A DNA stretch of 64,000 nucleotides from Malacoraja senta. Taxonomy: Eukaryota. Position numbers and translations under genes: made by a program. The DNA lies in NCBI GenBank assembly GCA_038087875.1, contig CM075991.1, positions 620,001 through 684,000 on the forward strand, read 5' to 3'. The notes under the pieces are model-generated. The model saw only the letters and a list, made by a program, of their open reading frames with translations. It had not been told where the DNA came from and ran no database searches. Of this stretch, positions 12,384 to 25,744 are shown in pieces. Position 1 is the stretch's first letter. Every line of letters starts with the position of its first letter.

Positions 12384-12875
12384 CAAAGATGTTGTCAAGC
12401 TAGAAAGGGTACAGAGAAGATTTACAAGGATGTTGCCAGGTCCAGAGGGTCTGAGCTACAGGGAGAGGTTGAGTAGGCTGGGACTCTATTCCTTGGAGCG
12501 CAGGAGGATGAGGGGAGATCTTACGGAGGTGTATAAAATCATGAGAGGAATAGATCGGGCAGATGCACAGAGTCTCTTGCCCAGAGTAGGTGAATCATGG
12601 ACCAGAGGACATAGGTTCAAGGTGAAGGGGAAAAGATTTAATAGGAATCTGAGGGGTAACGTTTTCACACAAAGGGTGGTGGGTGCATGGAACAAGCTGC
12701 CAGAGGAGATAGTTGAGGCTGGGACTATCCCAATGTTGAAGGAACAGTTAGACATGGATTGGACAGGTTTGGAGTGTTATGGACCAAACACTGGCAGGTG
12801 GGACGAGTGTAGCTGGGCCATGTTGGCCGGTGTGGGCAAGTTAGGCTGAAGGGCCTGTTTCCACACTATATCACT
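12384..12875 (+). mobile_element. CR1/HER1 LINE 3' fragment
   Basis: ORF ...KLERVQRRFTRMLPG...LGLYSLERRRMRGDL...RTRGH...WNKLP. Confidence 0.92.
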
Positions 12876-14365
12876 GAAGCTATGACCTCCCTGGTAGAGT
12901 GTTCCAGATATCCGCAATTCTTTTTATCGTAAAATAAAAATGTTCTCCTCAAATTATTTTTAACTCGTGTTATCCCAACCTTAAACTTCTGCATCCACCC
13001 AAACCTTGGGGAAAATGATTCTATCTATCTGACCTAATAATTGTATATCCCACTATGGCCCCTAATACTCCAGGGTAAACAGCATAGCCCAATCCAATCT
13101 CTCCCATACTCCATCCAGTCACAGCACATGCTTGCATACTGTGGCTCACGGTCCTTCTGCATGTACTGGTCATGTTGTAAAGTTACATCTCAGTGTTTAT
13201 ATGTTGTGCCTTGACCTCTGCAGTCAGGCATGCTACATGCCACCATCACCTCCTTACAAGCCTGCATTGTCCCTGACAGACAACTATGGTGCTGTTTACA
13301 GTGAGTGTAATCAGTGTAGAGATTGTAGGGCCAAGATCATCTTGTCTTTCTTCATCAGTCATTCCTACATGGATGTTGAGTTGGCATCTTATATTTCTCT
13401 TGGGCAGCTTACAACCTAGCGGTATAATAACTGAAGATTGACAATAGGTGCAGGAGTAGGCCAGCACCACCATTCAATGTGATCATGGCTGATCATCCCC
13501 AATCAGTACCCGTTCCTGCTTTTCTCCCCATATCCCCTGACTCTGCTATTTTTAAGAGCCCTATCTAGCTCTCTCTTAAAAGCATCCAGTGAACCTGCCT
13601 CCACCGCCCTCTGAGGCAGAGAATTCCACAGACTCACAACTCTCTGTGAGAAAAAGTGTTTCCTCGTCTCCGTTCTAAATGGCTTACTCCTTATTCTTAA
13701 ACTGTGGCCCCTGGTTCTGGACTCCAACCAACATCGGGAACATGTTTCCTGCCTCTAGCGTGTCCAAGTAACTCAGCGGGACATGTTTCCTGCCTCTAGC
13801 GTGCCCGAGTAACTCAGCGGGACAGGCAGCATCTGTGGGGAGAAGCAATGGGTGACGTTTCAGGTCAAGTCTGAAGAAGAGTCTCGACCCGAAACATCAC
13901 CGTTCCTTTGCTCCAGAGATGCTGCCTGTCCCGCTAAGTTACTCCAGCATTTTGTGTCTATCTTCAGTTTAAACCACCATCTGCAGTTCCTCCTTATAAG
14001 GTATGATAATTGATTTCTCTTACTTCAAGTGACCCCTGCATCATCCCCTCTCTCTGTGTCCCTCCCTCATCCTAGTGGTCGTACTAGTGTGACTGTCATC
14101 CTGTTGAGTTCCTCTGTTGACTCGTTCTCACCTATCCCACATTTACTTGATTAACAATAATCGTTCCCCAGCCCCGCAAGGCCCGATTTTATCTTCTCCC
14201 CAAAATCCACAAGCAGAACTGTCTTGGCAGACCCATAGTTTCTGCTCGTTCATGTCCCACCGAATTAATTTCCACACACCTCCATCCTATCCCCCCCCCC
14301 CTGGTCCAATCCCTCCCTACCTATGGCCAAGACACCTCACACACTCTTCGTCTCCTCCATGTCTC

Positions 14366-14810
14366 AGACCAAGCGCAGGCTCGGCGCTCGTTTCACTGAA
14401 CACCTCCGCTCAGTCTGCCTTACTCTACCTCATCTCCCGGTTGCTCAGCACTTTAACCCCCCCTCCCATTCCCAATCTGACCTTTCTGTCCTGGGCCTCC
14501 TCCATTGCCAGAGTGAAGCCCAGTGCAAATTGGAGGAACAGCACCTCATATTTCGCTTGGGCAGCTTACACCCCAGTGGTGTGAACATTGACTTCTCTAA
14601 CTTCAAATAGCCCTTGCTTTCCCTCTCTCTCCATCCCCTCCCCCTTCCCAGTTCTCCCACCAGTCTTACTGCCTCCGACTACATTCTATCTCTGTCCCGC
14701 CCACTCCCCTGACCAGTCTGAAGAAGGGTCTCGACCCAAAACGTCACCCATTCCTTCTCTCCAGAGACACTGCCTGTCCCACTGAGTTACTCCAGCATTT
14801 TGTGCCTGTC
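14366..14810 (+). mobile_element. Penelope-like element 3' fragment (GIY-YIG endonuclease C-terminus plus terminal repeat)
   Basis: QTKRRLGARFTEHLRSV...PVAQHFN...KLEEQHLIFRLGSLHPSGVNIDF followed by ctgaagaagggtctcgacccaaaacgtc. Confidence 0.85.
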
Positions 14811-15137
14811 TTTGTGCCAATACTTGGTTTAGTTCAGAGATACATCTTGCAAACAGGCCCTTCGTCCCACTGAGTCCAAATTGACCATTAATCCCACCTT
14901 CACACGAGTTCTATGTTATCCCACTTTCTCATCCACTCCCTACACACTGAGCAGTTTACAGAGGGCCGATTAACCTTTAAACCCGCATGTCTTTGGGATG
15001 TGGGAGGAAACCCACGTGGTCACAGGGAGAACATGCAAACTCCACACAGACAACACCCGGGTCTCTGGTGCTGTATAGAGCCCATTGCTTCTCTCTGACT
15101 GGTGAAGTAATTTGTTGATTGTTGTGCAATTTGGCAG

Positions 15138-15236
15138 GTTGTTGAAGCTTATCAGGCTGGGCTCGGGGCTCTGAGGCTGTCGATGAAAGATGTGAGTTTG
15201 GAGAAAGTGGAGAACCTGATGGATGAGATCGAGCAG
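15138..15236 (+). CDS. CHMP7: CHMP7 coding exon (99 nt)
   Basis: ggcAG|GTT...GAGCAG|GTgagt; [33 protein letters not shown]. Confidence 0.95.
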
Positions 15237-17636
15237 GTGAGTGGCTTCATGTTCCTCATGCGGTCAGGATCAAGCAGGCCAGGGGAGGTGAGGTGTGAGG
15301 AGCACTGGGATGTGATGCTGAGGCTCTATAAGGTGCTGGTCAGGCCACATTTGGAATATTGTGAGCAATTTGGGGCACCATATGTGAGGAAGGATGTGCT
15401 GGCTCTGGAGAGGGTCCAGAGGTTTCCAGAATGATCCCAGGAATGAGTAGGTTAACCTAGATTCTTGATTAGTACAGGTGTCAGAGGTTATGGGGAGAAG
15501 GCAGGAGAATGGGGTTAGGAGGGAGAGATAGATCAGCCATGATTGAATGGCAGAGTAGCTAAGCCTAGTGGTGAAAGGTTGCCAGTGGGATTGGAGTTAC
15601 ATTGGGACTGGCCTTGATTTTACAGAACAGTGGGTGGGCTCAAGGGGGAGGGGATGGAGAGGAGGAGAAGGGGAGAGGGAGGGAGAGAATAAGAGGGAGG
15701 GAGAAAAAAAGGAAGGAGAGAGGGAGGGGGAGGGTGGGAGGGGAAGGAGGGAGAGGGTGAGAGGGAGGCTTCCAAAATGGCTTCTACGTCATCATCTGGT
15801 GCTAAAAGCAGGAAGCAGCCGTTCAAACAGCAGTATACAAAGAGATGGCAATGAATGCATAACTTAGAAGAAGGCATGTAACTTGCTAGCAAAGTTATGC
15901 ATTCTTGTACTCCTACATGGGTATGACCGCACATAAAAAACAAAACATTTTGCAGCAAAATGGTGCCATGTACAAATACTGCTTTCCTCAGCAAAATACT
16001 GATTTTCAGTTACTGGAATGCTGAAATGCTCTGACAAAACTTGGCAGCTCTACTCTAATTGGAGAGGGTCCAGCAGCGATTCACCAGGATGTCGGAAAGG
16101 CTGGGAATTTTCTTTGCTATGTAGGAGGCTGAGGGGTGACCTTATTGAGGTGTACAAGATAGGATTGGACTTCCCAATGTTGGGCGAGTCCAGAACCAGG
16201 GGCCACAGTCTTAGAATAAAGGGGAGGCCATTTAAGACTGAGGTGTGAAAAATCTGTTTCACCCAGAGAGTTGTGAATTTGTGGAATTCCCTGCCGCAGA
16301 AGGCAGTGGAGGCCAAATCACTGGATGGATTTAAGAGAGTTAGATAGAGCTCTAGGGGCTAGTGGAATCGAGGGATATGGAGAGAAGGCAGGCACGGGTT
16401 ATTGATTGGGGACGATCAGCCATGATCACAATGAATGGTGGTACTGGCTCGAAGGGCCGAATGGCCTCTTCCTGCACCTATTTTCTATGTTTCTATAAGG
16501 AGCCTGGATAACGTGAACGCTCACAGTCTTTTTCCCAGGGCAGAGGATTGTGAAACTAAAGGGCAGAGGTTAAGGTGAGAGAGGAGGGGTTTGTGTGTGT
16601 CATCAGGGGCAACGTTTTCACTCAGTGGATAGTCCGTATCTGTAGTGAGCTGCCATAGGAAGCTGTAGAACAGATACAATGACAGCTTCTAACAGTTGCT
16701 GCCTTACTGCCCTTGCCGAGCCACAGACCCGGGTTCGATCCCAACTACGGGGGCTGTCTGTGTGAAGTTTGTACATTCTCCCCAGTGGGTTTTCTCCGAG
16801 ATCTTTGGTTAGCTCCCACATTCCAAAGACGTGCAGGTTGGCGGGTTAATTGGCTACTAGCTTCCTGCCTCTAGCGTGTGTCGATTGTGTTAATGTGCGG
16901 GGGGTCGCTGGTCGGTGCAGACTCGGTGGGCCGAAGAGCCTGTTTCCGCGCTGTATCTCTAAATTAAAAACCAAACAGACGTTTGAACAGATTTATGGAC
17001 AGGAGAGGTTTGGAAGGTTAGGCCTCAAATGCAGGCAAATGGGACTTGCCCGGTGGTCATGGACAAGGTGGGCCGAAGGGTGCCACTCATACTGCTGCTC
17101 CATCCTGTGGCTGGATTTTGATCCTGACCTGTGCCCCAGTCTATGTGGAGTTTGGATGTTCGAGTCACCATGTCATCCCACTGTGACCATGTGGGGCATC
17201 TGCTTTCCTTCCTAAAGCTGTGCTGCTGGGTTAGTCAGCCTCTGTGTAGGTGGTGGGGGGGACAGGGGGGGACGGTTAATGGGCTTGTGGGGAAGATAGA
17301 TCACAGGGCTGCATGGGTGCTGTGATCAACACTACCCCCCAGGGACCTGCCCTCCGCTGCGGTCTGTGTGGATTCTGCAGGATCTCCCTGAAACCTCGTG
17401 GGTTTTGTCCAGTGGGCCGGCTTCCTCCCAAATGAGGCAGAGCTGCCAGATGGAAGTTAATCGGCTGCAATAAATTGCCCCAGGTCATAGTCAAAGGGTC
17501 ATACAGTGTGGAAACAGGCCCTTCGGCCCAACTTGCCCACACCAACTGCTGGTAGAGGTGGACGACAGTAAAATCAGGGAGATTTGGTGGAGGGGGGTTG
17601 CTGGGAATCTGAGAGAAAAGTGGGGTGAATGTAAGG

Positions 17637-18126
17637 GGTGTATCGATGGTTGATGGTGTATCGATGGTGTTTGATGGTGTATCGATTGTGTTTGATGGTG
17701 TATCGATGGTGTTTGATGGTGTATCGATTGTGTTTGATGGTGTATCGATTGTGTTTGATGGTGTATCGATGGTGTTTGATGGTGTATCGATGGTGTTTGA
17801 TGGTGTATCGATTGTGTTTGATGGTGTATCGATGGTTGATGGTGTATCGATTGTGTTTGATGGTGTATCGATGGTGTTTGATGGTGTATCGATGGTGTTT
17901 GATGGTGTATCGATGGTGTTTGATGGTGTATCGATGGTGTTTGATGGTGTATCGATGGTGTTTGATGGTGTTTGATGGTGTATCGATGGTGTTTGATGGT
18001 GTATCGATGGTGTTTGATGGTGTATCGATGGTGTTTGATGGTGTATCGATGGTGTTTCGATGGTGTTTGATGGTGTATCGATGGTGTTGGATGGTGTATG
18101 GATGGTGTATCGATGGTGTTTGATGG
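17637..18126. repeat. 21-bp minisatellite (gatggtgtatcgatggtgttt) x about 23
   Basis: Very regular units; the source of the spurious PSNTIDT and VFDGVSM ORFs. Confidence 0.95.
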
Positions 18127-18479
18127 TAAACCAGGTGTGATTCAGTCCATGGTGTGTGGAATAGGTTTGAAATTCTGTGCGAGCCAGCACAGAGCCTGCG
18201 GGCTGAATCCCTGACGAATGGTCTTGAGCAGAAAGGTCACCCATTCCTTCTCTCCAGAGATGCTGCCTGTCCCGCTGAGTTGCTCCAGCATTTGGTGTCT
18301 ACAGTGGGCTGGATGGCCATGCTGTATGCTGATGGGTAGTGGCTGTGCTGGGGAGCTAGCGAGGGCATGAGTGGGTGTGGTGTTGCCCACTCGGTGACCA
18401 GGCCAGAGGGTGGGCACTGGCCGTGACCCGGGGGTGATAATGGTCGTCTCTCTCTCTCTCTCTCTCTCTCTCGTTGTAG

Positions 18480-18540
18480 TTCTGTGACACACAGGATGAC
18501 ATCAGGAAGACTCTTGCTGGTGAAAGCTTCGATGTAGCGG
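18480..18540 (+). CDS. CHMP7: CHMP7 coding exon (61 nt)
   Basis: (CT)n polypyrimidine tract, gtAG|TTC...GCGG|GTaagg; FCDTQDDIRKTLAGESFDVA, compare human LCDTQDEVSQTLAGG. Confidence 0.92.
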
Positions 18541-20137
18541 GTAAGGTTCTGCTTGTTGACCTGTACATCTGTTGTTTTTACACAGACACATTCTTTCTAT
18601 TCAACCTCACCCCTCCACAATAATGGTTGAGAAATAACAACCTGCTTGTTCCCATGTGTGACCTTCCTGTGGGTGAGTGTGTTCTTGTTCCCCGTCCGCT
18701 CTGAGTGTCGGCTGTGCTTCTAGCTCCACGGGTCCTGGCTCTCGTTTTATATCTTCAACCAACCATGTGGCACGGTGGTGCAGCGGGTAGAGCTGCTGCC
18801 TCACGGAGCCGGAGACCAGGGTTCAATCCTAACCTCGGGTGCTATCTGAGTGGTGTTTACACGTTCTCCGTGGGACCGGGTGCTCCAGTTTCCTCCCACA
18901 TCCCAAAGACCAGCGCAAGTTTATAGATCAATTGGCCATCTGTAAATTGCCCCTGGTGCATAGGGAGTGGATGATAAAGTGGGATAGCACCAGTATGGAC
19001 AGGTGATCGATGGTCAGTGTGGGCCGAAGGGCCTGCTTCCGTGCTGTATCTCTAAATGAAGTCATGATGCGTAGGAAGGAACTGCAGATGCTGATTTAAA
19101 CTAAAGACAGACACAAAATGCTGGAGTAACTCAGCGGGACAGGCAGCATCTGGAGAGAAGGTGACATTTCGGGTCGCAAACAGCTAACAATGGCCTGTTT
19201 CCTTTGTCATCGTTAATTTTTTGCATATCTTTCATTCATTTGTTCGACATCTCTACATCGTCAAGTCAAGAGAGTTTATTGTCATGTGTCCCAGATGGGA
19301 CAATGAAATTCTTGCTTTGCTTCACTGTCTGTCTCTCTTTTCCCTTTCCCACAACTCTGTCTGAAGAAGGGTGTCGACATTGTTTTGTGTGTGTATGTGT
19401 ATGTATATATATGTTTATATATGTGTGTACTTGTGAGTATGTGTGTATATATACACTGAACTTTTTTCTTCTCTCGTTTATTATATTTGTACTATTTTTA
19501 CATATTCTGTTGTGCTGCAGCAAGTAAGAATTTTATTGTTCTATCTGGGACATATGACAATAAAACACTCTTGACCCGAAACGTCACCCAGTCCTTCTCT
19601 CCAGAGATGCTGCCTGTCCCGCTGAGTTACTCCAGCATTAAAGTCATGTTGAGCAGAGATGAGCTGTTTGATCATCTGCTCACTCCCAGATGCCGGAGAT
19701 TTCAACCCTGCAGCATTTATTTGCTTCCTCCTCCCCACATTGCCTCTCGCCGACCCCTCCCCTTGTCCCACCGTGTCATACCCACAGCGACCCGTCAGGG
19801 ACGCTGCAAGATCTGAACAAATGCAGCTTTACCGCTTCAACTCCGACCCAATCTCATGTGACTTCAACAACGCTCTGCGAGCCTGTGGTGGAAACCTCCG
19901 AACACTTCCTCGAATCTGGGGTTCAAAAATGTTGCTCTGCCGCTTGGACATGTGGGCTGGTGTGGGCAAGTTGGGCCTAGGGCCTGTTTCCACACTGTAT
20001 GACTCTGACTATGCTGAGCAGAGCAAATGGAGCCGTTCCCAATCACTTGCGCCTCTCTGCATGGTGGATGGCGATGGCTCTGCAGCTCTGTACAGTGTGG
20101 GTCCTCTGCTCATGTGTTGTCTTTCTTGCTGAGGCAG

Positions 20138-20296
20138 GTGGAGCTGACGTGAGTGATTTGGAGGCTGAGCTGGATGCTCTTCTGCAGGAGGAGCCGCAGC
20201 TCCCAGATGTGCCGGCCGATACAGGACCTGCTGCTTCCCTCAGTGAGGACAACCAGCTGCTCGCCGAGCTTAGCAAGCTCAGCCTGACTGACCAAG
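20138..20296 (+). CDS. CHMP7: CHMP7 coding exon (159 nt), C-terminal helices
   Basis: gcAG|GT...CAAG|GTgacc; GADVSDLEAELDALLQEEPQLPDVPADTGPAASLSEDNQLLAELSKLSLTDQ, compare human ELEKELDILLQD...ELEAELEKLSLSE. Confidence 0.88.
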
Positions 20297-21948
20297 GTGA
20301 CCTTCAGCTCTGGGGTGGGGGGCTGGAGGCAGGAGGGTGGGTGGGCTAGAGGGGGGGGGCATGGGCAGGAGGCGTGGCCAGGGGCGGGGGGTCAGCTTGG
20401 AGGCGGGGGGTGGGGGCTGGAGGAGGGGGTCTGCTTGAAGGCGGGGGTGGGGGGGAGGGGGCTATGAGCACGAGGGGAGCAGCTAGGAGGCAGGAGGGGG
20501 GCAGCTAAAGAACAGTGAGAACAGGCAGGTAAAGGCAGGGGCTGCCAAAGACGGGGAGCTAAAGGCTTGGGGCAGCTTAAGGCAGGGACCAGTGTTGGCT
20601 CGCACTCTTCCTTGCCAACTTACACCATTTGCTATATTTAAGAGGGAGTTAGATGTGGCCCTTGTGGCTAAAGGGATCAGGGGGTATGGAGAGAAGGCAG
20701 GTACAGGATACTGAGTTGGATGATCAGCCATGATCATATTGAATGGCGGTGCAGGCTCGAAGGGCCGAATGGCCTACTCCTGCACCTATTTTCTATGTTT
20801 CTATGTTCACCTGCCTCAGGTAACCTCCCAGACGTTCAAGTCGGGCTAGACGGCACAGTTGATTTGAATTGATCCTCATTTCCCTGTCTCTATACTGTCC
20901 CTTTTCCCGTGGTCTTTACACTCTCCCTCCACCTCTCCACAACTTGGTGTTGAACTCTCTGTGGCCGCTGCTCCTGTCCCCTCTGTGGGGGGGGGGGGGG
21001 GGTCCCCTTTCTAACGCTGGTGCTTTAAAGCTGGAAGCACACTCCCAGTGCGCCACATGACCTGCCGCACAGCTGGATGGTGCAGCGTATTCCAGATGTG
21101 GTTGCAGCTGGTCTTCATCGTGCTGGCCGGTGAGCGACCGGCGAGGGGTTTGGCCGGAGACGCTGTGGTTTACAAGTTACCGCCTGCGCTGAGGAAAGGC
21201 CACACCGCAGCCTGCCGTTCCTGCAGTGCTGGACCTGCGAGAATCGCTACACCCTTAGCTTCAGTGTTCTGGTAGCAGCGGGGAATGCGGTCGTACCTCC
21301 TTTAGAAACATAGAAAATACGTGCGGGAGTAGGCCATTCTGTCCTTCATTGGAGCCAGCATCGCCATTAAATATGATCATGGCTGATCATCCAAAATCAG
21401 TATCCTGTTCCTGCTTTGTCCCCATCCTTAGATTCCTTCCCAGCTTTAGTGCCTTGTGCCCTGCGGGAGAGGGTAAAAGAAGGAAGTGGTCCTTGATTCT
21501 GATGGCAGCTTTCCCGAGGCAGCGTGAAGTGTGGATGGAGGGGTGGGGTGGGGTGAGGCTGGTCTGTGTGGTGGACTGTGCCACATTCACTCATCTCTGC
21601 ACTTCTGCGGGACGGGTGTGATGGCGACCTGGTAGAATGTTTCTGGGGGGCCGTCGCGGAGCAAGGTGGGACGCAGCAGTACACCTCTTGCTGAATTTAA
21701 AACTACGAATTACAAAATGAAGTAACAGTTTCACCAAAGATAGACAGAGAGTGCTGGAGTAACTCAGCGGGCCAGGCAGCATCTCTGGAGAAAAGGAATA
21801 GGTGACGTTACGGGTCGAGACCCTTCCTCAGTCTGAGAGTCAGGGGAGAGGGTATCTAGAAACATGAAATGATACAAAGAACAAAAGAATGATCATGGAA
21901 AGGTGGAGCCCACAATGGTCCATTGTTGGCTGTGGAAGAGGTGATAAC

Positions 21949-22344
21949 CAAAGATCCTATAGCGAGCAAGATAGATCACTCGACGATAAAGACGTAGTAC
22001 AGATTCATGGGTAATTTTCGGCCCCATTTCCGTAATCTGCTTCGGTCTCTGCACCAAAGATCCCATAGCGGAGCAAAGATAACTAGTGCGGAGACGGAAG
22101 CCGGTTACGGAAACATCCTCGTAAAAATAAAAGTTCTTTGGTAAAAATCTTCTCCTCTTTTTCAGAATTATAATTTATTAACACAAACTGTTCCCCCGCA
22201 ACGTTGATTACACTGCGGGTCGGGTCGGGTCCGGTTACTGAAATGGATGAAAATAAAGACCAACATTCCGCTCCGTTGTGTACTACACGTCAGCCCATTG
22301 CATTTAGAAGGAGTGGTCTATCTTGCTCTGCTATAGGATCGTTG
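21949..22344. mobile_element. hAT-like MITE, 396 bp
   Basis: TIRs caaagatcctatagc-gagcaagatagatcactc / gagtggtctatcttgctctgctataggatcgttg; 8-bp TSD gtgataac (21941-21948, 22345-22352); internal TIR copy near 22055. Confidence 0.85.
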
Positions 22345-22477
22345 GTGATAACGAGGGGATAGGAACAGTGAAACTGGTGGGACGACTAGGGTGGGTTGGC
22401 TAGACGTGGTCTCACCACATCTCCTGGCATTGTCTTTACACTATTGGGCTTGTTGAACTTGTTGCCTTTGTTTTCAG

Positions 22478-22530
22478 GTCCCATTGTTGAAAGCAGGAAG
22501 CCTGCGGCCTCTCTGGAACTTGCACAATGA
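22478..22530 (+). CDS. CHMP7: CHMP7 last coding exon to stop codon
   Basis: ttttcAG|GT CCC ATT...CAA TGA; (G)PIVESRKPAASLELAQ*; phase-1 junction fits; little sequence conservation to rely on. Confidence 0.7.
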
Positions 22531-23289
22531 CCTCCGCTGCAGATCCTGGGAGTAGCTGGCTCCCATGGTGGCATGCCTCATCTGGACAGCGGTGTGTTGG
22601 TGAGAAGATGCACATGGTCAATAGTAGTCTGTACTGGAGGACTCTTTTACAATCTTTCCCTTATGCTCTCGGGTCTGGGACAAGGGTAAGATATTCCCCC
22701 GCCCAAGTAAAGCATCACGAGGCATTTAGAAGAGAACTCTCTGGGTCAGGAACGTTCAGTCATTGAGACCGCTTCCACACTGACCACTATTGAGCCAGCG
22801 CGAGTAGACATGGGCAACAGGCCAACGCTGTGACTGGACTGTGTTGACGGAGGTGGGTAAGGAGCTTGTTGCCATGACATTACTGCAGATTGCAGTGATC
22901 TGTGACTACAGTGCACACTCTGAGTCCCCACTGCTGCTAAACGGCAGCTGGGGAACATTGAGGCAAGGAAATCAGTGGTGAAATAGTGAGCTGCCCTTGT
23001 ATCTCCCTGTGGCAGCTGAAGAGCCCGGGTCCACAGGAAGTCATCACCACGTGACCACTCATAACACACCACACCTGCCCCAGTTACTCAGACCAGTTTG
23101 GTCTGTTCATTTTTCACATTTCAAGTGCTGTTCAACGGCCAACTGGCTGCCTGCGGGAGGTTGATGGTGATGTGACTGAGGAGACTGTCGGTGGCCCAGG
23201 AACGGTGTAAGAGCCGGTGTGCGGGGAGGTGTAAAGGGAGAGAGCTGTCGGCTTGCTGCTGTCCTGGGTTCACCGACGGTCTTGTCCTG

Positions 23290-23750
23290 GATGTAAGTAC
23301 TCTAGGTCTAACCCACCCTGTCCTGGGTGTGAGGGATTAGCCTGGGTCTAACCCACACTGTCCCGGGTGTGATTAGTCTGGGTCTAACCCACACTGTCCC
23401 GGGTGTGAGGGATTAGTCTGGGTCTAACCCACACTGTCCCGGTGTGTGATTAGTCTGGGTCTAACCCACACTGTCCCGGGTGTGATTAGTCTGGGTCTAA
23501 CCCACACTGTCCCGAGTGTGATTAGTCTGGGTCTAACCCACACTGTCCCGGGTGTAAGTACTCTAGGTCTAACCCACCCTGTCCCGGGTGCGATTAGTCT
23601 GGGTCTAACCCACACTGTCCCGGGTGTGATTAGTCTGGGTCTAACCCACACTGTCCCGGGTGTAAGTACTCTAGGTCTAACCCACCCTGTCCCGGGTGCG
23701 ATTAGTCTGGGTCTAACCCACACTGTCCCGGGTGTGATTAGTCTGGCTCT
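23290..23750. repeat. 36-bp minisatellite (gattagtctgggtctaacccacactgtcccgggtgt) in the putative CHMP7 3' UTR
   Basis: About 12 units of two variant types. Confidence 0.93.
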
Positions 23751-23907
23751 ACCACACGCGGTCCTGGGTAATTCCTATCATTGTCTACCCCACCTCCAGC
23801 TGACTCGAGCTGCAACGGTGAAGCTGCATTTTGGTCAAACCCTTCCCTGATGTTCAGTCTGCCTTGTCTTGTGGGAGTGAGTGGCTGTGTGATGTGTGAG
23901 GAGAAGC

Positions 23908-24246
23908 GGGTGGGTGTGTGTCCAGGCACCACAGGGGTGGGTGTGTGTCCAGGTACCACAGGGGTGGGTGTGTGTCCAGGTACCACAGGGGTGGGTGTCC
24001 AGGCACCACAGGGGTGGGTGAGTGTCCAGGCACCACGGGGTGGGTGAGTGTCCAGCAAGCACCACAGAGGTGGGTGTGTGTCCAGGCACCACGGGTGGGT
24101 GTGTGTCCAGGCACCACAAGGGTGGGTGTGTGTCCAGGCACCACAGGGGTGGGTGTGTCCAGGCACCACAGGGGTGGGTGTGTGTCCAGGCACCACAGGG
24201 GTGGGTGTGTGTCCAGGCACCACAGGGGTGGGTGTGTGTCCAGGCA
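23908..24246. repeat. 27-bp minisatellite (ggggtgggtgtgtgtccaggcaccaca) in the putative CHMP7 3' UTR
   Basis: About 12 units. Confidence 0.93.
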
Positions 24247-24420
24247 TTGCAGGAATCAAACAGCCGCGGTAATGCACACTCTCTGCTGCTCCAGCTATGC
24301 TCCTATCCTGCAAATTGTACAAAGTCTTGTGGTAAATCCTGTTGTAAATGTATGTTTTGGATAACTATGAGATAAATGTCGGCAGTGTAGAATATACTGA
24401 AACCATTTTTGCCTGTTTAA

Positions 24421-24426
24421 AATAAA
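24421..24426 (+). other. Candidate CHMP7 polyadenylation signal
   Basis: AATAAA after an AT-rich UTR-like stretch, about 1.9 kb past the stop codon, just before LINE sequence begins. Confidence 0.45.
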
Positions 24427-24449
24427 AAGATAAAGGGCTATGGTTTCAA

Positions 24450-25140
24450 ACTTGATTGAGCGTTTTGAGGAAGTGACAAAGATGAGTGATGAGGGGAGGG
24501 AAGTGGATGTTTCCCCTTAATCCCCATTTTGTGAATAAACCAAGGTACAAGCTCACATTAATTTCAACAGCAGGAGAAAACAAAAGCAGGGATGTAATGC
24601 TGAGGCACTGGTCAGGTTGCATTTGGAATATTAGGAGCAGTTTTGGGCACCATATCTGAGGAAGGATGTGCTGGCTCTGGAGAGGGTCCAGAGGAGGTTT
24701 ACAAGAAAGATCCCAGGAATGAGTGGGTTACATATGATGAGCGTTTGACAGCACTGGGCCTGTACTCGCTGGAGTTTAGGACCTCATTGAAACGTACAGA
24801 ATAGTGAAAGGCTTGGATAGAGTGGATGTGTAGAGGATGTTTCCACTAGTGGGAGAGTCTAGGACCGGAGGTCACAGCCTCAGAATAAAAGGACGTGCTT
24901 TTAGAGGAGATGAGGAGGAATTTATTTAGGCAGAAGGTGGTGAATCTGTGGAATTCATTGTTGCAGATGGCAGTGGAGGCCAAGCCAATGGATATGTTCA
25001 AGGCAGAGATCGGCAGATTCTTGATTAGTACAGGTGTCGGGTTATGGGAGAAGGCAGGAGAATGGGGTTGAGGGGGAAGAGAGATCTGCCATGACTGTTG
25101 GAATAAACTTGATGGGCCGAATGGCCTAATTCCACTTCTA
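24450..25140 (+). mobile_element. Degraded CR1 LINE 3' part
   Basis: LERVQRRFTR and RTGGHSLRIK motifs plus CR1 3' UTR. Confidence 0.8.
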
Positions 25141-25744
25141 CAACGTAGACCAGTGTCCAGCACAGAGGCTGGACTTGCTGAGTGGGTTAACAATGGCACT
25201 GGGTGATGGAAAAAATGTGTGATTCTTAGAAGAGTCGTGTTTAATTACCAACTTCTCTGGGAAGTGTTCAAGTGGAATGTTCCAGACTAAAGTGTAAAAT
25301 TGGAATCCTCTCTCCACATGTAACTCATCCTTTCAAGGAAGTGTTCATCTTGGATGATTTGACCACTTCAAGAAACTAACTATTGGTGAAAGGCTGAGGG
25401 TGTTGCAGGTACAAAGTTCTCTGAAGATGGGGGTTCAGGGTGGGAAGAAGGTGTTCGACACTCTTGCCTTCCTCAGGCGGGATAGTACGTACAGGAATAT
25501 AATGTTACACCTGTAGAAAATGCAGGTAAGACCACAAGGAGTTGTTGGTAAGGCCACATTTGCAATACTGGTTTAAACTGGTTCTCTGGATGCTTTCAAG
25601 AGAGAGCTACATAGGGCTCTTAAAGATAGCGGAGTCAGGGGATATGGGGAGAAGGCAGGAACGGGGTACTGATTGGGGATGATCAGCCATGATCACATTG
25701 AATGGCGGTGCTGGCTCGAAGGGCCAAATGGCCTACACCTGCAC

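Noticed and set aside
17276..18244. 322-aa ORF with PSNTIDT repeats
   Set aside because: Translation of a 21-bp minisatellite, antisense within a CHMP7 intron; no non-repeat coding signal
23290..24246. CRISPR-like regular repeats (also 3258-3778 and 17637-18126)
   Set aside because: Contiguous tandem units without unique spacers, no cas genes, vertebrate context
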